64,000 nt of DNA, taken from contig JAZULC010000010.1 of NCBI GenBank assembly GCA_045643605.1, positions 96,573-160,572 on the forward strand, in the 5' to 3' direction. Every line of letters begins with the position of its first letter. The stretch's first letter is position 1. A program made the position numbers and the translations under genes. This document shows, one piece after another, positions 58,959 to 64,000 of the stretch. The notes beneath the pieces were generated by a model. It made no database searches. It was not told the DNA's origin and worked only from the letters and a program-made list of their open reading frames with translations. Source of the DNA: Alphaproteobacteria bacterium. Its GTDB lineage: Bacteria; Pseudomonadota; Alphaproteobacteria; RF32; CAG-239.

Positions 58959-59035
58959 GCGCCCGTAGCTCAATTGGATAGAGCATCTGACTACGGATCA
59001 GAAGGTTGTGAGTTCGAATCCCGCCGGGCGCGCCA
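58959..59035 (+). tRNA. tRNA-Arg(ACG)
   Basis: 77 nt: GCGCCCG acceptor, anticodon loop cTACGga, GTTCGAATC T-loop, CCA. Confidence 0.9.
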
Positions 59036-59087
59036 ATTAAATCAGGGGTTTCCGTTTTTGGAAACCCTTTTATTTTACAAAAATTAT

Positions 59088-60020
59088 CTAAATATTTTTA
59101 AGATACATTTTTACAGCTTCCACAAATATATCTTTACATTGTTCGGGATTTTCTGTTATCAGTTGTTTCAGTTCTAATGGTGTAAACTCTTTAGTTTCTT
59201 CAACTTCGGACTTGTCAGGAATAATAGCATCATCTGAAATCACTTTAAAAACGTGAAAAAAAGCCCGAGGTTTTCCGTCTTTCATTAAATGAGTTTCACC
59301 TATAAATGATTGAATAGCTCCACTAACCCCCATTTCTTCTTTTAATTCACGAACAGCAGCAATTTCATAATTTTCCGTAGCATCAACATGACCGGCAGCA
59401 GAGAAACTCCATTTTCCCGGATCTGCATTTTTGGTCAAAGCAATTCGTTGCAAAATAATGTTTCCCTTATTATTATACAACAAAATCGCAGCAATCATTG
59501 GATGTCTGTCAGATGGAATAGGTTGTTTACGAACAGCACAACCTGCTAAATTATCATAATCATCAGCAAGAGCTATTATTTCTTTTCCAATTCCAATCAG
59601 AACAAAAGGTGTAGCATTTTCCATAGAAAGTGTATCTATATCAATCCAAACGGCACCATTAGAATCCAGTCCGTCTCCGGACTCTGATGGTTTTCCTGTA
59701 ATTTTAACATCAAACAAGACACCTGTATGTTGCAAACAACCAACTTCTCCGCTTTCTTTGGTAAAATCAGAAAAGATTATTGTTTTTTCTCTAATATTAT
59801 CAAATTCTAACACATCACAATTTGTTTCTTCTTTAATCTCTCGGATAAGAGTTTGTTCAACGGTTTCTCCAGGTTCTGGGCTACCACCTGGTAAATCATA
59901 TAAGCCTGTATAAGGACCTCTGGCTTTTTTGATTACCAGTATTTTTCCATTTTCCTTAATAATTCCGTAAATACCGCGATGAGAACGAGTTACAACGGGT
60001 GAAATATATTGATTTGTCAT
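59088..60020 (-). CDS. tandem NUDIX hydrolase domain protein
   Basis: Two Nudix boxes (GGSPEPGETVEQTLIREIKEETN and a second ...AAVRELKEEMGV). Start MTNQYIS with RBS AAGGAGGA is preferred over the longer ORF. Confidence 0.65.
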   Translation of the reverse strand: MTNQYISPVVTRSHRGIYGIIKENGKILVIKKARGPYTGLYDLPGGSPEPGETVEQTLIREIKEETNCDVLEFDNIREKTIIFSDFTKESGEVGCLQHTGVLFDVKITGKPSESGDGLDSNGAVWIDIDTLSMENATPFVLIGIGKEIIALADDYDNLAGCAVRKQPIPSDRHPMIAAILLYNNKGNIILQRIALTKNADPGKWSFSAAGHVDATENYEIAAVRELKEEMGVSGAIQSFIGETHLMKDGKPRAFFHVFKVISDDAIIPDKSEVEETKEFTPLELKQLITENPEQCKDIFVEAVKMYLKNI

Positions 60021-60141
60021 AAGTCCTCCTTTTTTTCGTGGAATTAGTTTATCTGAAAAATACAACGAATGCAAATCATTTTATTTTAAAGGCTTTATTT
60101 TATAGCTATAACTTTTAGAAATCATAAAAAACTCTTAAGAC

Positions 60142-60182
60142 AAAAAAAAAGCCACAAGATATTTACAAGTATCCTGTGGCTT
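60142..60182 (-). terminator. rho-independent terminator downstream of 60195..60500
   Basis: agccacaaga...tcctgtggct hairpin with a T-run in minus-strand sense. Confidence 0.4.
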
Positions 60183-60194
60183 GATTGTTATCAA

Positions 60195-60500
60195 TTAAAA
60201 ATTGATAGTTACAGAATTTTTATCACTGTTGTTGATAACATCAGCTGCTTCTGCCGGTGTAAATGGACGATTTTTTACATTTTGGCTAGAAGTTGCTCCT
60301 GTATCGGAAGATGTTTTCTCATCTGCTTCCGGAGTAACGATAACTGGAATTTCTCTGCCTTCATCACCACTATCTCTGCCAATATCACCAATCTCTGGTG
60401 CAATTTTCGCTTCTATAGACGGAACAAAGTCAACCGCAAAACTTTTTGTAGTAAGAGCAAAAGATGCTAAAAGAGCAAGCATAAATATTATTTTTTTCAT
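60195..60500 (-). CDS. secreted acidic hypothetical protein
   Basis: Signal peptide MKKIIFMLALLASFALTTKSFA with RBS. Immediately downstream of the pilin-like gene. Confidence 0.4.
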   Translation of the reverse strand: MKKIIFMLALLASFALTTKSFAVDFVPSIEAKIAPEIGDIGRDSGDEGREIPVIVTPEADEKTSSDTGATSSQNVKNRPFTPAEAADVINNSDKNSVTINF

Positions 60501-60522
60501 TTTATTTTTCCTTTCTTTAATT

Positions 60523-60951
60523 TTATTCAGATGCGAGAGCGTATGTATTTGCATGGAAGTCAGTAATTGCTAATGCAAGAGCTGCTTCTTTGGTTAAATC
60601 ATTAAATGAAACAGAAGCATTAGTATCATTAAAAGCTATTGTAACCGTACCGCTTCCGGCATGTCTAACTTCTCCGGTTGTGGCATAAGTTCTGGTCATT
60701 TCTTCAGGGAATATACCCAGAGCAACAGCATCATCTAATGATTCTAAACCATCATAAGAGCGTTGTTTTAAATAAATTTCTTGCAAATTATGTTGAATGA
60801 AAGTCATTTGATCAACAATTTGATTTGCTTTATATTTACCCATAGCTTTTGAATAACCCTGAATACCGGCAACGGATAAAACACCTACGATTGCCAATAC
60901 ACCGAGCATTTCAATCATTGAACGTCCTTGTTCATTTGTATATCTACTCAT
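60523..60951 (-). CDS. prepilin-type N-terminal cleavage/methylation domain protein (type IV pilin-like)
   Basis: QGRSMIEMLGVLAIVGVLSVAGI class III signal/N-methylation motif. 142 aa. Confidence 0.55.
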   Translation of the reverse strand: MSRYTNEQGRSMIEMLGVLAIVGVLSVAGIQGYSKAMGKYKANQIVDQMTFIQHNLQEIYLKQRSYDGLESLDDAVALGIFPEEMTRTYATTGEVRHAGSGTVTIAFNDTNASVSFNDLTKEAALALAITDFHANTYALASE

Positions 60952-61315
60952 AATTATATATTTCTCCTTATGATTTAATACAAAAGCAGTGTATCAAAAA
61001 ACAACGTTTTTGGTCAGGTGAAAATAGGCTGATTTTTGGTGAGTCCGAATGATTGCTTATTTTTATGTAATGTATTGATTTTTATATATTTTATCTTGTT
61101 TTCCAGAAAAAACATAAAATAGTAAAAAAAGTTGTTGCAAAAAACGTTGGTTTTTTGAACACATTTTTAGGATAAAAAATATTGTAATTTCAAATAAATA
61201 AGCACATAAGAAATGAAATAATATATTTTAGTGGAAAAGTTTTAATTGTCTGGACTTTCTCTTTCTTTATACTATGATTAAATAATCATAATAATTTTTT
61301 GAAAGGATATAATTC

Positions 61316-62533
61316 ATGAATAATGATAATGCTATTTATGCTCCGTTTATAGGGATTGTCCCAACTGCACAATATGCAGGACAAGTGGCAGCTCCTCCTT
61401 ATGATGTACTTTCTGCTGAAGAAGCAAAAGTAAAGGCACAAGGAAAACCTTATAGCTTTTTGCATGTATCAAAAGCTGAAATTGATTTTGAAGGAGAAGT
61501 TTCTCCTTATGAAGAAAAAGTATATCTTAAAGCTGCTGAAAATTTTAAAAATATGCTTGCAAAAGGTGTGCTTTATAGAACAGAAAAACCTTGTTATTAT
61601 GTTTATCAAATGATTATGGGCGCACATATCCAAACGGGTTTGGCTGTTGCTGCTTCTGTAAAAGCCTATGAGCAAGGACGCATTAAAAGACATGAACTTA
61701 CTCGTGTAGCTAAAGAAAACGATCGTGTAAAACAAATTCGTACTGTTGGTGCACAGACAGGTCCGGCTCTTCTCATCAATAAAGATTTGCCAGATATTAA
61801 GGCGTTGTTAAAAAATATTGTTAATACACGTAAGCCAGCATTTTCTGTTGTTGGAGATTATGGTGTTAAGCATAATTTATGGATTGTTGATGATGATGCG
61901 GAAATCTCTCAAATTTCAGAAGAATTTGCCAAACAAAATGAGGCTTATATTGCTGACGGACACCATCGTTCAGCTGCGGCAACACGTTTAGCAAATGAAG
62001 ACGGAACTACAGATACTGCTCGTTTTTTGGCTGTTGCTTATTTTGAAGATGAAATGAAAATTTGGGATTATAACCGCGTAGTTTTTGATTTAAATAACAA
62101 TACACAAGAACAATTTTTGAATAAATTAAAAGCAGATTTTGAAATTTCTAAAATTTCTATGGCTAAACCGGATAGAAAAGGTGATTTTACAATGTATATG
62201 AATCACCAATGGTACAAATTAACACATATTGGCACACCAATGCCTGCAGATCCTGTATCACAACTTGATGTTAGTTTGCTCAGTGAAAAAGTACTGAAAA
62301 ATATTTTGGGTATTGAAGATTTACGAAATGACGAACGTATTGATTTTATCGGAGGAATTCGCGGTGCCGAAGAAATTCAGAAGGTAGTTGATGAGCATAA
62401 TGGCAGTGTCGGATTTATGGTATATCCTACTGCTGTTGATGAGCTTATTGCCGTTGCTGATAAGAAAATGCTCATGCCTCCTAAGTCAACATGGTTTGAA
62501 CCAAAATTGGCGGATGGCGTAGTATCTAAATAG
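61316..62533 (+). CDS. DUF1015 family protein
   Basis: N-terminal ...YAPFIGIVP...PPYDVLS... and about 405 aa length, characteristic of the conserved DUF1015 family. Confidence 0.6.
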   Translation: MNNDNAIYAPFIGIVPTAQYAGQVAAPPYDVLSAEEAKVKAQGKPYSFLHVSKAEIDFEGEVSPYEEKVYLKAAENFKNMLAKGVLYRTEKPCYYVYQMIMGAHIQTGLAVAASVKAYEQGRIKRHELTRVAKENDRVKQIRTVGAQTGPALLINKDLPDIKALLKNIVNTRKPAFSVVGDYGVKHNLWIVDDDAEISQISEEFAKQNEAYIADGHHRSAAATRLANEDGTTDTARFLAVAYFEDEMKIWDYNRVVFDLNNNTQEQFLNKLKADFEISKISMAKPDRKGDFTMYMNHQWYKLTHIGTPMPADPVSQLDVSLLSEKVLKNILGIEDLRNDERIDFIGGIRGAEEIQKVVDEHNGSVGFMVYPTAVDELIAVADKKMLMPPKSTWFEPKLADGVVSK

Positions 62534-62553
62534 AAATATTTTTTTAATCTGCA

Positions 62554-62584
62554 ACACCTCTTAAATTTAAGAGGTGTTTTTTTA
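62554..62584 (+). terminator. rho-independent terminator
   Basis: acacctctt-aaattt-aagaggtgt followed by a T-run. Confidence 0.45.
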
Positions 62585-62672
62585 TGTATTATCCATCCTG
62601 TTGACATGTTGTATAAATAATGTTATAGCGCAAAGCGAATTTTTATTATTAATTTTTAAATTTTGTAGTTTT

Positions 62673-63098
62673 ATGAAAAAGAATTATTATTTTTGTTTGG
62701 CTGTCATTGTGGCATCAGTTATGTTTATTGTCGGAATTGTTATATATCCCGACTTTTTAGATCGTCGTGCTGATACGGAAGTTGTTGCTGTTAAACATAT
62801 TGAAAATGCTAATGGAATTCTGTATGTAAATATAGATTCCACTTGGCTTCCGATAGAAAATGTCTATACAGGAACAAAATCCAGAGATGGGCTAGTTAAA
62901 ATACCACCTGTTTTAGGTATGGAAGTAACAGCTTTTAAGCTTGATGATCAACTGCGATTTATTGCAGGAGAATGGACCAAAGAAGAACTTGATGAGTTTT
63001 TTGGAAAGAATTATTTGCTTATGGCTCTATTCTTTGCCTCGATTATTTGTTCCGCAATGATTGTGACTGCTCATGATTTACGTAGTAAAGAACATTGA
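62673..63098 (+). CDS. hypothetical membrane protein (2 TM flanking a periplasmic domain)
   Basis: Start MKKNYYFCLAVIVASVMFIVGIV preferred. C-terminal second TM. Confidence 0.4.
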   Translation: MKKNYYFCLAVIVASVMFIVGIVIYPDFLDRRADTEVVAVKHIENANGILYVNIDSTWLPIENVYTGTKSRDGLVKIPPVLGMEVTAFKLDDQLRFIAGEWTKEELDEFFGKNYLLMALFFASIICSAMIVTAHDLRSKEH

Positions 63099-63193
63099 TG
63101 TAAGTTAAAAAACTCCGCAATTTTTAGATTGTGGAGTTTTTTATGGTTCGAATGTAACATTACTTGCGTGACAGGTAGAGTTTTATTGATTTG

Positions 63194-64000
63194 TTATTTA
63201 TTGGTAAAAAGAAATTGATTATATATTGCCGACTCTTTATCCAGCTCTTTATTCAAATAATCAACCGTAAATCCTTTTTCTAACAATGTCGGAAGACCCG
63301 AAAATAAAGAAACACCCAAACCAAGTTTGTGCCCTTCTATGGTGTAGCCAATACTTTCTAATATAGTCGGCATTGTATCCAAAGCCGTAAAATGGCGATT
63401 TTTTGTATGTTCTTTATTTTGAACAATAGAGTTTATATAAGTATTATAAATTGTTCTATCCATATCCTTGCTGAATATAGATGACGACATAGTCAGATGG
63501 TCTCCGACAATTACAATTTCCGTATTACTATAAAATGGTTGAGCTTTAATCCATTCCACAAAATCATGAATTTGTTTGTCAGAACAAGAAACAACATTTT
63601 TGAAATGTTCCCATTTGTTTATGTGTTTTATATTCTTTAATGAGAGTGGAAACATTCAATATATTCCAACACAGTATGTTTGAAACAATAAAACAAATTA
63701 CAGAAACAACGAAACTCTTCTTATTGCCTATTTTTAATGTAAGCAAATAAAATAAAACAGATACGATTACTGCTATCATCAGTGTATTTTGAAAATAGCT
63801 GATTATGAGCTTTGTTTCTGAAGGTAGTCCTTTTCATATAAATTATTATAAAAATTTTATGCTAAAACAGTCAAGACTATTCCAATAGTCAAAGGTATTG
63901 AAACGTTGTCGTCAATTTTGAGCCATTGTTCAAAGAGTTCCATAAATGCAGCAAGTATGCAAGCTACAACACTGGCATACGAAAAAGTATATACCGGATT
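63194..64000 (-). pseudogene. degraded sulfatase-family membrane protein gene (phosphoethanolamine transferase/LTA synthase-like), in at least three frame-disrupted pieces, runs off the window
   Basis: 63194..63655 encodes only the C-terminal about 150 aa of an alkaline-phosphatase/sulfatase domain (GDHLT motif). Upstream TM-helix segments (63579..63779 and 63859..64000) are in different frames. Confidence 0.35.

Noticed and set aside
1-64000. CRISPR arrays and rRNA genes
   Set aside because: No regularly spaced direct repeats and no rRNA-like conserved stretches were detected in the window.

Overview
AT-rich (about 30% GC) alphaproteobacterial chromosome segment. The lineage call rests on EF-Tu, which is very close to Rhizobiales/Rickettsiales EF-Tu, the psd-pssA pair, a Tim44-like protein, a VirB8-like protein and small Omp25/Hbp-like beta-barrel proteins. 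Most of the window is housekeeping: dksA (partial), tatD, holB, tmk, dacC, rlpA, mltB, uppP, xseA, ftsY, pyk, rpmJ, ettA, psd, pssA, nrdD and nrdG, the glycine--tRNA ligase gene (called glyQS here), ruvAB, cysK, gmk, mltA, secB, rlmB, and tRNA-Tyr/tRNA-Gly followed by tuf. There are seven tRNA genes in total. The main accessory feature is an integrated element of about 8.5 kb (25359..33875) inserted in the 3' half of tRNA-Trp(CCA) and bounded by a perfect 47-bp direct repeat. It carries a tyrosine integrase, an AlpA-like excisionase, a putative HUH rolling-circle Rep, a small zinc-finger protein, a serine recombinase, an 802-aa fused PD-(D/E)xK nuclease plus gamma-class N6-adenine methyltransferase (Type IIL/IIG RM-like), a cluster of small acidic ORFs that includes a frameshifted paralog, and a terminase small subunit with no large subunit or structural genes. 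That layout resembles a phage satellite (PICI-like element) carrying a defence cargo. Other notable points are described below. The anaerobic RNR large subunit appears split, with the glycyl-radical segment as a separate 69-aa ORF, and tandem NrdR-like boxes lie upstream. A 1.1-kb mini-island at tRNA-Leu(CAG) is flanked by an 18-bp direct repeat of the tRNA 3' end. An archaemetzincin-like HExxH/Cys-rich gene sits between tuf and tRNA-Arg. There are two orphan type IV pilin-like genes, a degraded sulfatase-family membrane protein gene at the window end, and rpmJ was missed by the ORF track. No CRISPR array or rRNA was seen.
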